Source of the DNA: Synechococcus sp. A15-24
GTDB taxonomy: Bacteria; Cyanobacteriota; Cyanobacteriia; PCC-6307; Cyanobiaceae
DNA: 32,000 nucleotides
Assembly: GCF_014280195.1 (NCBI RefSeq)
Contig: NZ_CP047960.1
Location: forward strand, 1,650,001 to 1,682,000
Direction of reading: 5' to 3'
The notes beneath the pieces were generated by a model. It searched no databases. It was not told the DNA's origin and saw only the letters and a list, made by a program, of their open reading frames with translations. Position numbers and translations under genes: made by a program. Shown one piece after another: positions 1 through 9,191 of the stretch. How positions within the stretch are numbered: position 1 is the first letter of the stretch; each line of letters starts with the position of its first letter.

Positions 1-210
1 GGGATCCGTGGCCTCAGACTCCTGCCAGGACCAGGTCCAGGGCGACGGCAGCTGATCCGCCCAGGCCTTGGGGATGAGTCCTCGAGCCGCACGAAGCTGG
101 GGTGGCTGCGGGCCCTTGCGGCAGGCAGCCACCAGCCCGAGACCCGCTCCCGCCGCCAGCTGCAGCAGGCGGCGACGACTGCACTGTCCGCGAAAACCCA
201 TTGCGCTCAT
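1..210 (-). CDS. N-terminal fragment (70 codons, runs off the left edge) of a probable Tat-exported lipoprotein or periplasmic protein
   Basis: My own translation of the minus strand from ATG at 210 gives MSAMGFRGQCSRRRLLQLAAGAGLGLVAACRKGPQ... It has a twin-arginine motif (SRRRLLQ), a hydrophobic stretch and a lipobox-like LVAAC. The frame stays open to base 1. Its ATG overlaps the stop of the upstream gene as ATGA (207-210). It is not in the ORF track because it is partial. Confidence 0.5.
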   Translation of the reverse strand, partial: MSAMGFRGQCSRRRLLQLAAGAGLGLVAACRKGPQPPQLRAARGLIPKAWADQLPSPWTWSWQESEATDP

Positions 211-1391
211 ACCTCTGACGCTACGGCGGACGCCAGCAGCTCATCCAAGGCCCGCTCGCAACCCTCCAGCAGAGCCTCGGAGTGGTGGCCCTGCAACTGG
301 GCCAACAGCAGCAACGCTCCAGCCCCAACCCCTTCCTTGACGAACCCGTCCTCGTAATCACGCAAGGCGGGCTGCCGGCTGGCATGGAAGCGCAATCCAC
401 TGGCCAGTCCTGCCAGGGAAACACCGAAGCGTTGGCCCACTTCATCCAGCAGACAGCCCAGGGCCGGCATGTCACTGCCACAGATCCGTTCCTGCGCCAG
501 CCAGGCCGTTGAACCGAGCAGCACCCGATCCGCCAGGGCTTTCCGTCGCTGATCCGGCAGCGATGCCAGGGCAAGGGCCACGACAGCAGCCATCTGACTG
601 CCTCCCCCCAGCAGCACCGGCTGCTGAGCTGACACCAGCACACCGGCGGCCACCGCCTGAAACGGATCCCCTACCGCTGCCAACACAGCCTGGGGTGACG
701 GCCATGCCGGCAACTGCGCCCGACGCAATCCCTGCTCCACCAGGTGTCGCTTCAGCTCCTGGGGTGGCTGCCGGGCGCTGCCGCTGATCAACCCATTCAC
801 CGGCACCCCAAGGGCCGTGAGCACAGCTTGAGCTGTCGTGGTTCCTCCTGGGACACATTCCGCCAGCAGCAGTGGACGGCGCAGCTGTGCACCAAGACGC
901 ATCCCCTGGCGCCACAGCCGTTCCACTCGCTCCGGATCCATGGCCCGTCCCGTGGACAAACACCGCGCCGGCCCGGCCTGTGGGGACTCCAGACGCAGGT
1001 GGGGAAACGTGGCCTCGTGCTCCAAACCAAGCGCCGCCACAACAGGTTGCATGGGAAGGGGTTGCAGCGCCACATGGCTCAGCAGGGCGGGCGAGACACC
1101 AGCGGGGAGGGGCGGCAACGACCAACTCCGCAGCTGGCCTGGGCCCTGGAGCAGTAGGTCAGCATCCGCCAGGGCGGTGAGACGGCGGGAGGCAGCGGTG
1201 GCTCCTGCAGCGGAAATGCCCTCGCGTTCAGCTGTCCGCGTGGCCGCCAGCAGCAGCAACAGATCAAAGCTCGAATCCCGTTGGCACCATGGCTCGAGAT
1301 GGGCCTGCAACTGCTGGCGGCTGCAGCGGCTGCCAACAATGGAGCAGCCCAACGGGAGGCCCTCCAGATCAGAGAGGGTCAAGGGCAACAA
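207..1391 (-). CDS. CobT-like / TIGR00303 (UPF0284) family protein (nicotinate-nucleotide-dimethylbenzimidazole phosphoribosyltransferase-like)
   Basis: The track ORF 207..1478 contains EGISAAGAT and VPGGTTTAQAVLTALG motifs, which I recall as typical of this family. The ATG at 1478 would overlap the upstream gene by 110 nt. TTG candidates at 1391, 1388 and 1382 give a normal short overlap, so the start is uncertain. Confidence 0.6.
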   Translation of the reverse strand: MLPLTLSDLEGLPLGCSIVGSRCSRQQLQAHLEPWCQRDSSFDLLLLLAATRTAEREGISAAGATAASRRLTALADADLLLQGPGQLRSWSLPPLPAGVSPALLSHVALQPLPMQPVVAALGLEHEATFPHLRLESPQAGPARCLSTGRAMDPERVERLWRQGMRLGAQLRRPLLLAECVPGGTTTAQAVLTALGVPVNGLISGSARQPPQELKRHLVEQGLRRAQLPAWPSPQAVLAAVGDPFQAVAAGVLVSAQQPVLLGGGSQMAAVVALALASLPDQRRKALADRVLLGSTAWLAQERICGSDMPALGCLLDEVGQRFGVSLAGLASGLRFHASRQPALRDYEDGFVKEGVGAGALLLLAQLQGHHSEALLEGCERALDELLASAVASEV

Positions 1392-2022
1392 GTCCTTGCA
1401 GGAGCTTTGGTGGCTCTGGGATTGGCGCGTTGAGGCGGGGAAAAATCCAGTACGCCAGCGCGTGGAGTGACAGCACATAGATCACCTCTTGCACCACAAC
1501 AAGGCCAAGGGCCATCAATTGCACGCTGGTGAGATCTGGGCTGATGGGTAACTGCAACAGCGCGATCAACCGCTCGAGCAAGCCGGCACCAGCTCGGGTG
1601 ATCACCACCCAGAGGTTTTCTCCCACCAGGAGCGACAACACCAGCAACCGCACCAGAAATCCGATGCTGCCCAGCACCACTCCCACCGGCCAGCTCAACC
1701 ACCAGCTTCGTCCCTTGCCCCAGCTCCAGCCCAACCAGAGAGCCATCAGGCCATACGGGAACAGCAGAAGAGGGCCTCTCACAGGCCCCATCAACGCTGT
1801 CATCAGCAACACCGCCAGCAACACACCCTCGGCCCCCGACCGTCCACCGCGGCGTAGTTGCAGCAAGGACAGGGGCAGCGGCAGAGCTAGCCGGAACAGC
1901 GCACCGCCAACAGGCAGGTAGTACAGCGCCAGCCAGATCAGGCCCGTGGTGGCCGCCAGATAAGCCCCTTCCACGAGACGGAGCGCCTGTGGCCGCGTCA
2001 GGTTGCGCCGCGGCTGATTCAT
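1369..2022 (-). CDS. Polytopic membrane protein, DUF2232-like
   Basis: This is a 217-aa ORF with several hydrophobic helices (LIWLALYYLPVGGALF, GVLLAVLLMTALMG, LMALWLGWSWG, VVLGSIGFLVRLLVLSLLVG). It shares an ATGA overlap with the upstream lipoprotein gene at 2019-2022. The family assignment is from memory only. Confidence 0.6.
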   Translation of the reverse strand: MNQPRRNLTRPQALRLVEGAYLAATTGLIWLALYYLPVGGALFRLALPLPLSLLQLRRGGRSGAEGVLLAVLLMTALMGPVRGPLLLFPYGLMALWLGWSWGKGRSWWLSWPVGVVLGSIGFLVRLLVLSLLVGENLWVVITRAGAGLLERLIALLQLPISPDLTSVQLMALGLVVVQEVIYVLSLHALAYWIFPRLNAPIPEPPKLLQGLVALDPL

Positions 2023-2432
2023 GGCGTGATTCGCTCGATCCGTTCCACCGAGAACACCACCTCGGACTTCCGCAACGCCCGCGTGACCGCTTCCGCAGGA
2101 GCGGCTGGATCGGCCCCAGCCAAGCGGATGGTGATGCGATACGGCGCCGGGGGCTGCAGCGACTTGGACATGGGCTGCTGGACATCGATCCCATCGACCT
2201 CAGTGTCAGTGTCGGTATCGGTGTCGGGTTTGGTTGCTGCCTCCTCGTCCACCACCTGTGATCGATCGATCGGGGCGGGATCCACCACCGGAGGTTGCTC
2301 AGGGATCGGTGCCTCCGCCTCGGTGGCCGCGAGTTCAGGGGACTCGAAGCTGCGCTGCAACTCCTCAGCCACCGGCGATCCGGCACAGGCCTGCAGCAGC
2401 GCCAGTGGGAGCAGCCAAACCAGCCGGAGCAT
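2019..2432 (-). CDS. Small lipoprotein of unknown function with an acidic DT-repeat linker
   Basis: The N-terminus [16 protein letters not shown] has a signal peptide and lipobox. The middle is acidic, with the run PDTDTDTDTEVDG. Its ATG (2432-2430) overlaps the topA stop (2434-2432) by 1 nt (TGATG). Confidence 0.7.
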   Translation of the reverse strand: MLRLVWLLPLALLQACAGSPVAEELQRSFESPELAATEAEAPIPEQPPVVDPAPIDRSQVVDEEAATKPDTDTDTDTEVDGIDVQQPMSKSLQPPAPYRITIRLAGADPAAPAEAVTRALRKSEVVFSVERIERITP

Positions 2433-5134
2433 CAGCTGTCGGCGGGTTTGATCACCCGCACAGCACTAGCCCGCAGCCGTCCGCTCTTGGTGGTGGCCGG
2501 AGGTTTCTTGGCGGCGGGTTTTTTCGCAGCAGCCTTCTTGGCCGGAGCTTTTTTGGCCGCCGTGGTCTTGCGGCTGCTCTTCTTGGCAGAGGCCTTCGCC
2601 GCCAGCAGTTCCACAGCCTCCTCCAGCGTGACATCGTCCGCCCCTTTGCCTTCAGGCAGGGAGGCATTGACCTTGCCCTGCTTGACGTAGAGGCCATAGG
2701 GACCGTCGTAGACCTGAATCGTCTCCTCGCTGCCCTCGGGTTTGCCGAGATCCTTCAGCGCCGTCCGGCCGCCGCGGCCCCGTTTCGGCATGGCCAGCAG
2801 CTCTAAGGCGCGGCTGAGGCCAACCGCCAGCACATCGTCTTCACCCTTAAGAGAGCGGTAGTCCTTCTCGCCCTTGCCCATATCCCAAACCACGTAGGGC
2901 CCGAAACGTCCGAGACCAGCCTTAACCCGCCCGCCATCGGGATGTTCCCCCAACAAGCGGGGGAGTCGGAGCAGGCCGAGGGCATCCTCCAGGGTCAGAT
3001 CCTCAGGTTTCTGGCCCTTGGGAAGTGAGGCCCGTTTGGGCTTTGGATTCTCATCACTGACCTGCCCGCGCTGCACATAGGGCCCGTACTGACCAAACAG
3101 GAGATACACCAAGTCGCCAGTCTCCGGGTCCTCGCCGATGGCTTCCGGGCCATCGGCCTTCTGCTTCAGGATCAGTTCCGCCTGGTCCGCATCAAGATCC
3201 GCCGGTGTGATCTCCCTGGGGAGCGTCGCTTTGATCAGCTCCTCCTCGCCGTCATCGCCGACCAGCTTGGACTCCAAGTAGGCACCGAATCGCCCGATGC
3301 GCACCGCGCAGGACAGGCCCTCGAGGTCGACGGTTCGGGAGGCTCCGGGATCGATGTCCCCTTCCCGTTGCTGCACCTGGGTTTCCAGCCCCTGATCACC
3401 TTTGAAAAACCCTTCCAGGTACGGCAACCATTCGACCTTGCCGTGGGAGATCTCATCAAGGGTGTTCTCCATCCGAGCCGTGAAGCTCGTATCCACCAGA
3501 TCCGGAAAATGTTCTTCCAGCAGGGCGGTCACAGCAAAGGCTGTGAAGCTGGGGGTCAGGGCATTGCCCTGCAGCGTGGAATAACCCCGATCAACAATCG
3601 TGCCGATGATCGAGGCGTAGGTGGAGGGTCGTCCGATGCCCTCCTTCTCCAGCATCTTCACCAGGGAGGCTTCGCTGAAACGGGCTGGCGGCTGGGTCTG
3701 GTGGCCCAAAGGTTCCACCTGCTTGGGGGCAGGGGCATCACCCACGGCCAGTGCGGGCAGAAGCACCTCCTGGCCCTCCAGGGCTGCATCAGGGTCATCG
3801 CTGCCCTCGACGTAGGCACGGAAGAAGCCCGGGAAATCGATTCGCTTGCCGCTGGCTCGGAAACTGGCCTCTCCAGAGCTGAGATCGATCGAGAGCATCG
3901 TCAGCCGGGCTTCCGCCATCTGGCTGGCGACGGTGCGTTTCCAGATGAGGTCGTACACCGCCAGGTCACGGCCCTCAAGCCCGGTGTCGCCTGGTGTGCG
4001 GAAGCTCTCGCCGGAGGGGCGAATCGCCTCGTGGGCCTCCTGGGCATTGCGTGCCTTGGTGCTGAATTGCCGCGGACCCTTGCTCAGATACTCCTTGCCA
4101 TAGAGGCCTTCCACACAGCTGCGGGACGCGCTGATCGCCTGATACGACAGATGAACCGAGTCGGTTCGCATGTAGGTGATGAAACCGCGTTCGTAGAGGC
4201 CCTGGGCGCAGCGCATCGTCTCCCGCGCTGAGAGGCGCAGCTTGCGATTCGCCTCCTGCTGCAGGGTGCTGGTGGTGAACGGAGGCACGGGCTTCCGCAC
4301 CGTGGGCTTCTCCTCAACAGCATCCACCGACCAGGGCGCGGCCTGAACCGTCTCCGCTAGAGCACGGGCCTCCTCTTCCGACAGCAACCGCACTTCACTG
4401 CCGGCCTTGAGGCCACCGGTGCTTTCGTCGAAATCGTTACCGGTGGCGATACGTTGGCCACCCAGATGGGTCAACTTGGCCTCGAAACCACTGCCGGCAT
4501 GCTCGAGCTGGGCCTTGAGATCCCAGTAACTGCCGCTGCGGAAGGCCCGCCGAGCCCGTTCCCGCTGCACCAGCAGGCGAACGGCGACCGATTGGACCCG
4601 GCCAGCGGAAAGCCCCCATGCCACCTTTTTCCAGAGCAAGGGGGAGAGGGTATACCCCACCAGACGATCCAGGATCCGACGCGTCTCCTGGGCGTGCACC
4701 AGCTCCATGTCGAGATCACGGGTCTGATCCAGCGCCTTGCCGATGGCTTCATTGGTGATCTCGTGGAAGACCATCCGCTTCACCGGAACCTTCGGCGCCA
4801 ACAGCTGCAGCAGGTGCCAGCTAATGCTTTCCCCCTCGCGGTCTTCGTCGGTGGCCAGAAGCAGCTGATCCGCACCTTTCAACGCATCCTTTAGGTCACG
4901 CACCACCTTTTTCTTGTCCTTCGGCACCACGTACAAGGGCTCAAAGTCGGCTTCGGTGTTCACACCGAGATTGGCCCATTTCTGACCCTTGGCGGACGAA
5001 GGGATCTCGCTGGCGTTGTTGGGTAGATCACGCACATGGCCCATGGACGCCTCGACCTTGAACCCCTTCGGAAGGAAGCCGCGAATGGTGCGGGCCTTCG
5101 TGGGGCTTTCAACAATGACGAGGGTGTGCGCCAC
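2432..5134 (-). CDS. topA: DNA topoisomerase I
   Basis: The 900-aa ORF has a Toprim N-terminus ([21 protein letters not shown]) and the active-site tyrosine region [12 protein letters not shown]. Repeated C-terminal domains end in a Lys/Ala-rich tail. Confidence 0.97.
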   Translation of the reverse strand: MAHTLVIVESPTKARTIRGFLPKGFKVEASMGHVRDLPNNASEIPSSAKGQKWANLGVNTEADFEPLYVVPKDKKKVVRDLKDALKGADQLLLATDEDREGESISWHLLQLLAPKVPVKRMVFHEITNEAIGKALDQTRDLDMELVHAQETRRILDRLVGYTLSPLLWKKVAWGLSAGRVQSVAVRLLVQRERARRAFRSGSYWDLKAQLEHAGSGFEAKLTHLGGQRIATGNDFDESTGGLKAGSEVRLLSEEEARALAETVQAAPWSVDAVEEKPTVRKPVPPFTTSTLQQEANRKLRLSARETMRCAQGLYERGFITYMRTDSVHLSYQAISASRSCVEGLYGKEYLSKGPRQFSTKARNAQEAHEAIRPSGESFRTPGDTGLEGRDLAVYDLIWKRTVASQMAEARLTMLSIDLSSGEASFRASGKRIDFPGFFRAYVEGSDDPDAALEGQEVLLPALAVGDAPAPKQVEPLGHQTQPPARFSEASLVKMLEKEGIGRPSTYASIIGTIVDRGYSTLQGNALTPSFTAFAVTALLEEHFPDLVDTSFTARMENTLDEISHGKVEWLPYLEGFFKGDQGLETQVQQREGDIDPGASRTVDLEGLSCAVRIGRFGAYLESKLVGDDGEEELIKATLPREITPADLDADQAELILKQKADGPEAIGEDPETGDLVYLLFGQYGPYVQRGQVSDENPKPKRASLPKGQKPEDLTLEDALGLLRLPRLLGEHPDGGRVKAGLGRFGPYVVWDMGKGEKDYRSLKGEDDVLAVGLSRALELLAMPKRGRGGRTALKDLGKPEGSEETIQVYDGPYGLYVKQGKVNASLPEGKGADDVTLEEAVELLAAKASAKKSSRKTTAAKKAPAKKAAAKKPAAKKPPATTKSGRLRASAVRVIKPADS

Positions 5135-5246
5135 AGGCGGGCAAGGATCCGTGCTCCTTCTTTATCGCACCGCCAAGCGCTCTGCACGAGCAGTCCTGCT
5201 GAGCAGCGCCGCTACAGTCGCCTCAGCGCAACGGATTCAGGCCGCC

Positions 5247-6818
5247 ATGCCCGAGATGGGTGTCTTTCTTCTCGCCGCCCAGGCCATGGCTGCTCCTGGT
5301 GAGCTTCTCAACCTGTCGCTGAATGCCACGGCGGTGCTTCCAGAGGGAGCTGTATTGCTGGCGATGATCGCCACGTTGCTCGTGGATCTAGCAGGGGAAA
5401 AGGTTGCTGCCCGCTTGGTTCCTCCCATTTGCTACGGGGGTCTCGGGACAGCGCTGTTGTTGTTGGCCTTGCAATGGAATGCCCCGGTTGAAAGCTCCTT
5501 TCTGGGGGCATTCCTCGCGGACAACCTCGCGGTGGCCTTTCGGGCGGTCATCGCTCTCTCCACCCTGCTGTCGCTGTTGATCAGCTGGCGTTACGCCGAG
5601 CAGAGCGGCACACCGGTCGGGGAATATGCCGCCATCCTGCTGGCTGCCACCCTCGGGGCCATGTTGCTCTGCGGTGCAACGGATCTGGTGAGTGTCTTCA
5701 TTTCCTTAGAGACCCTCTCGGTGGCCAGCTATTTGCTGTCGGGCTACATGAAGCGCGACGCCCGCAGCTCCGAAGCAGCGCTCAAATATCTGCTTGTCGG
5801 CTCAGCCGCCGCTGCCGTTTTCCTCTACGGATCCTCCCTTCTTTATGGCCTGAGCGGCAGCACCAGCCTTGAGGCCATCGGCGTTGCCCTCCAAACCAGC
5901 ACAACACCAGTAGCAGCCCTCTCTTTGGTGTTCGTGCTGGCAACCGTGGCGTTCAAGATTGCAGCCGTTCCTTTTCACCAGTGGACTCCGGATGTTTATG
6001 AAGGCTCACCCACTCCGGTGGTGGCGTTCCTCTCAGTTGGTTCAAAGGCCGCAGGCTTTGCGTTAGCCCTGCGGATCCTTGTGGGTTGTTTCGGGGCCTT
6101 TGACGGCCAGTGGAAGCTGCTGTTCACCGTTCTGGCGGTGCTCAGCATGACGCTGGGCAACGTTGTGGCACTAGCCCAGACCTCAATGAAACGGATGCTG
6201 GCTTACAGCTCGATTGGTCAGGCCGGCTTCGTGATGATCGGCATGGTCTGCGGCACCGAAGACGGTTTCGCCGCGATGGTTCTTTACATGGCCGCCTACC
6301 TGTTTATGAATCTCGGGGCCTTCGCCTGCATCATCCTGTTCTCGATCCGAACGGGCAGCGACAGGATCTCTGATTACGCCGGCCTGTATCAAAAGGATCC
6401 ACTCATCACCCTCGGACTGAGCCTCTGCCTGCTGTCGCTGGGTGGCATCCCTCCCATGCTGGGTTTCTTCGGAAAGATCTACCTGTTCTTCGCCGGCTGG
6501 GCCGACCACCAATACCTTCTGGTCGTCGTCGGATTGATCACTTCAGTGGTGTCGATCTACTACTACATCTCGGTCATCAAGATGATGGTCGTGAAAGAGC
6601 CCCAGGAAGCCTCCGACATCGTCAAGGCCTACCCAGATGTGAGCTGGTCCGTGATGGGCATGCAGCCCTTGCGCGTCGCCCTGATCGGCTGCGTCGCCGT
6701 GACTGCCGTGGGTGGCATCCTCTCCAACCCCTTGTTCCAGTGGGCCAATACAGCCGTAACCAGTAGCCCATTGCTGCAGGAAGCCATCGCTCAATCCACA
6801 CAACGCGGCCTTGGCTGA
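5247..6818 (+). CDS. ndhB: NAD(P)H-quinone oxidoreductase subunit 2 (NDH-1 subunit B, NuoN family)
   Basis: Starting at ATG 5247 (MPEMGVFLL...) gives a 523-aa polytopic membrane protein with the NuoN/NdhB signature [36 protein letters not shown]. The track ORF start at 4989 is an antisense-of-topA extension. Confidence 0.95.
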   Translation: MPEMGVFLLAAQAMAAPGELLNLSLNATAVLPEGAVLLAMIATLLVDLAGEKVAARLVPPICYGGLGTALLLLALQWNAPVESSFLGAFLADNLAVAFRAVIALSTLLSLLISWRYAEQSGTPVGEYAAILLAATLGAMLLCGATDLVSVFISLETLSVASYLLSGYMKRDARSSEAALKYLLVGSAAAAVFLYGSSLLYGLSGSTSLEAIGVALQTSTTPVAALSLVFVLATVAFKIAAVPFHQWTPDVYEGSPTPVVAFLSVGSKAAGFALALRILVGCFGAFDGQWKLLFTVLAVLSMTLGNVVALAQTSMKRMLAYSSIGQAGFVMIGMVCGTEDGFAAMVLYMAAYLFMNLGAFACIILFSIRTGSDRISDYAGLYQKDPLITLGLSLCLLSLGGIPPMLGFFGKIYLFFAGWADHQYLLVVVGLITSVVSIYYYISVIKMMVVKEPQEASDIVKAYPDVSWSVMGMQPLRVALIGCVAVTAVGGILSNPLFQWANTAVTSSPLLQEAIAQSTQRGLG

Positions 6819-7509
6819 TTCAACCTCCCAAGCTGTTGCTGAACTGAGTGGCGTCAGCAAGGTCTACGGCCAGGGTGATCTTGAAGTCAGGGCGCTGGAT
6901 CAACTTGATCTCACTGTTCGCAGCGGCGATTATCTAGCGGTGATGGGGGCGAGCGGCTCCGGCAAGAGCACGGCGATGAACATCCTTGGCTGCCTGGATC
7001 GACCGACCGGTGGCCGTTACCGGCTTAATGGAATTGCCGTTGAACAGCTCGATGATGATGAGCTTGCGGACCTGCGCAACCAGTCTCTGGGATTCGTGTT
7101 CCAACAGTTCCATCTCCTTCCCCATGCCTCGGCCATGGAGAACGTGATGCTGCCGATGGTCTACGCCGGAATCCCACTGGACGAACGCAAGGAACGAGCG
7201 GCTTCAGCCCTTGATCGCGTCGGCCTGAGTCAACGTCTGGACAATCGTCCCAACCAGCTCTCCGGCGGCCAGCAGCAGCGGGTCGCTATAGCGAGAGCCA
7301 TCATCAATCGCCCGAGTCTTCTCCTGGCGGACGAACCCACCGGCGCCCTCGACTCGAACACCACGGCTGAAGTGCTGGAACTGTTTGATGAATTGCACCA
7401 GCAGGGAATCACCCTGGTGATGGTGACCCATGAAGACGATGTGGCAGCCCGAGCCCATCGAATTGCCCGTTTTCAGGATGGCCGCATCGTGAATGAAGCA
7501 TCACAATGA
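6811..7509 (+). CDS. ABC transporter ATP-binding protein (MacB/LolD/DevA-type)
   Basis: It has Walker [10 protein letters not shown], the signature LSGGQQQR, Walker [13 protein letters not shown] and an H-loop VTHE. It has a TTG start at 6811 that overlaps the ndhB 3' end by 8 nt. Confidence 0.9.
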   Translation: MADSTSQAVAELSGVSKVYGQGDLEVRALDQLDLTVRSGDYLAVMGASGSGKSTAMNILGCLDRPTGGRYRLNGIAVEQLDDDELADLRNQSLGFVFQQFHLLPHASAMENVMLPMVYAGIPLDERKERAASALDRVGLSQRLDNRPNQLSGGQQQRVAIARAIINRPSLLLADEPTGALDSNTTAEVLELFDELHQQGITLVMVTHEDDVAARAHRIARFQDGRIVNEASQ

Positions 7510-7527
7510 CGTATCTCTGTTGCATTG

Positions 7528-7707
7528 ATGCCGCAGTCATCTGAGGGACTGATCATTGCGGTTGTGGAGGACGATCCCCGCATCGGAGAGTTGATTCACG
7601 AGGAGATCTGTGAAGAAGGTCATTGCTGCAAGTGCTTCAGCACTGCTGAGGCCTTTCTGAACGACGTCGAACAACTCAACCCTGAAGCACCTTCTGTCCT
7701 GCTTTGA
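7528..7707 (+). pseudogene. Truncated response-regulator receiver (REC) domain fragment, 59 aa
   Basis: MPQSSEGLIIAVVEDDPRIGELIHEEICEEGHCCKCFSTAEAFLNDVEQLNPEAPSVLL* matches the beta1-alpha1-beta2-alpha2-beta3 layout of REC domains, including the acidic EDD pocket. It stops exactly where the phospho-acceptor Asp would follow (..LL-D). There is no rest of the REC domain and no output domain. Confidence 0.5.
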
Positions 7708-8380
7708 CGTACAGCTCCGAGAGATGTCCGTAAAGCGTGCGGCGCCTCGGGGCACTGTGCTCCAGCTCAATGGCGATGCCATAGCCACCGGCCAGGCCAC
7801 TGCTCACGACACGGCCGGAGAGGGCTGCCACCACGGGTGTGCCCTGGGGCGCGGCAAAATCCCGACCCGCATGCATCAGCCAATTGCCAAGAATCGGATG
7901 GAGCCGCCAGCCGAAGCCACTGCTGGTAATCGCCTGACCGATGACGGGAAACAGCAGCCGCGTATCTCCGTTTCCCGGATGAGGGGATGGTCGCGGCGTG
8001 ACCGCAAAGAATGAATCCAAGCTGAAGCTGGCTGCAGTCCCCGCCAGCAGGGCAGACACAGGAACCGAGCTCGGGGTGGGTGCAGACCTGGAACGGGGCA
8101 AGGAACGCACCGCCACGCCGGATGCACACTCCTGACGGGACAGGGCACCCTCACGACAGGCTTTTTGATAGCGGGAGACATCGATTGGGGCCTTCGGTTG
8201 TCCGGCCTCCAGCCCTCGTCGTTCCAGCGGCGTAATCACCCGGGACCGCTCAAGCTGGTCCAATGACTGATCGGAACGACGCGGCGGTTCTGCCGTGCTG
8301 ATCTGCGCGGGATCAGGCTTCAGAGGGACCGCTGGAATGCTCAGCACCCAAAACAGCGGCAACCAGCGGAGCACAATCAA
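7676..8380 (-). CDS. M23/LytM-family peptidase-like protein, C-terminally truncated (lacks the HxH zinc motif); possibly a pseudogene or a degenerate LytM factor
   Basis: It has a signal-like N-terminus and an M23 core: GFGWRLHPILGNWLMHAGRDFAAPQGTPVVAA (HxxxD), GGYGIAIELEH and TLYGHLSELYVKAGQKVLQG*. The ORF ends right before the expected xIGxVGSTGxSTGPHLHFE segment. None of the three downstream frames encodes that segment. The start is TTG 8380 or GTG 8374. Confidence 0.7.
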   Translation of the reverse strand: MIVLRWLPLFWVLSIPAVPLKPDPAQISTAEPPRRSDQSLDQLERSRVITPLERRGLEAGQPKAPIDVSRYQKACREGALSRQECASGVAVRSLPRSRSAPTPSSVPVSALLAGTAASFSLDSFFAVTPRPSPHPGNGDTRLLFPVIGQAITSSGFGWRLHPILGNWLMHAGRDFAAPQGTPVVAALSGRVVSSGLAGGYGIAIELEHSAPRRRTLYGHLSELYVKAGQKVLQG

Positions 8381-8420
8381 TCAAGGATTTGCTCAGCAAG
8401 AGTAAGCAGTCCCGGCTCGG

Positions 8421-9191
8421 TTAAGGCCAGCGAATCCACTCCGTTCGCTGTTGCCCACGTCGCAGGAGCAGGCCGCCGCGGGGCGACAAGCCTTCGATCG
8501 TCCAGGACGGTCCGTTGTCTGAACTGGAGACCTGATCGCTCCAGAGACGGTCCTCCACCAACTGAAGCCAGGCGGAAGATCCAGCCAGCAACTGCAGACT
8601 GCGCTCCAGCGACAGCAGCAGTTCACCCACCCAGATCTCAACGGAAGCATCAGACCTTGGCAGCAGTTCACGCAGGGCAATGGCACCGGTGGGGACAGTG
8701 TTCATGACATTCAGCCCAATACCACAGCGCACCAGCCTCAGCTGTGGCCCGCGGTGCACCAGTCGCGGCAGCACCCCCGCCAGCTTGCGCCCCTCCACCA
8801 GTAGGTCATTGGGCCACTTGATCTGAACCGGAACGCCCTGGCGCTCCAGCCGGTTGGCAAGCTCCAGGGCAACAGCAAGGCCTAGCAGACCCGCTGCCGT
8901 GGCGGACTGTCCTGGCCAGGGCATGGCGGCACTCAGCCAGACCCCACCGGTTGGCGACTGCCAGTGGCGACCGCGCTGACCAACGCCTCGCCGCTGACGG
9001 CCTGCCACGACTGCTCGGGGCCGCGCCAGATCCGATGTTTCCTGAAGCCATTCGGCAAGGCTGATCTCGGTGCTGCTGCACACCGGAAGCCAGCGCAGAT
9101 TCCATGTCCCCAGGTGTTTAGTCCTGAATCGTCGATGATGCAATGCCAGCTGACGCCCTCCACAGCGGTGCGGTCGAGCCGTCCAGGTCAT
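8421..9191 (-). CDS. birA: Biotin--[acetyl-CoA-carboxylase] ligase
   Basis: It has a GRQRRGVGQRGRHWQSPTGG (GRGRxGRxW-like) motif, KWPNDLLVEGRKLAGVL and GIGLN. Its ATG 9191 overlaps the upstream stop as ATGA. Confidence 0.85.
   Translation of the reverse strand: MTWTARPHRCGGRQLALHHRRFRTKHLGTWNLRWLPVCSSTEISLAEWLQETSDLARPRAVVAGRQRRGVGQRGRHWQSPTGGVWLSAAMPWPGQSATAAGLLGLAVALELANRLERQGVPVQIKWPNDLLVEGRKLAGVLPRLVHRGPQLRLVRCGIGLNVMNTVPTGAIALRELLPRSDASVEIWVGELLLSLERSLQLLAGSSAWLQLVEDRLWSDQVSSSDNGPSWTIEGLSPRGGLLLRRGQQRTEWIRWP

Noticed and set aside
68-340. The 90-aa plus-strand ORF at the left edge.
   Set aside because: It is a Pro/Arg/Ala-rich shadow frame opposite two minus-strand genes joined by an ATGA junction at 207-210.
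1392-1478. ATG 1478 as the start of the CobT-like gene.
   Set aside because: It would create a 110-nt out-of-frame overlap with the DUF2232-like gene. The extra residues (MCCHSTRWRTGFFPASTRQSQSHQSSCKD) look like non-coding translation, and the TTG codons at 1391-1382 are more plausible.
4989-5246. The 86-codon N-terminal extension of the ndhB ORF in the track (start 4989).
   Set aside because: It overlaps the topA 5' end in antisense and has no NdhB-like sequence. NdhB homology and the hydrophobic profile begin at MPEMGVF (ATG 5247).
7699-8014. A +1 frameshift at CTTTGA might restore the response regulator, giving ..LLDVQLREMS.., which superficially resembles the LLDxxLPxMxG phospho-acceptor region.
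   Set aside because: That stretch is the antisense of the strongly conserved M23 segment YGHLSELYVK. The similarity stops after about 10 residues, and the rest of the frame (ORF 7724..8014) shows no REC or output-domain features.
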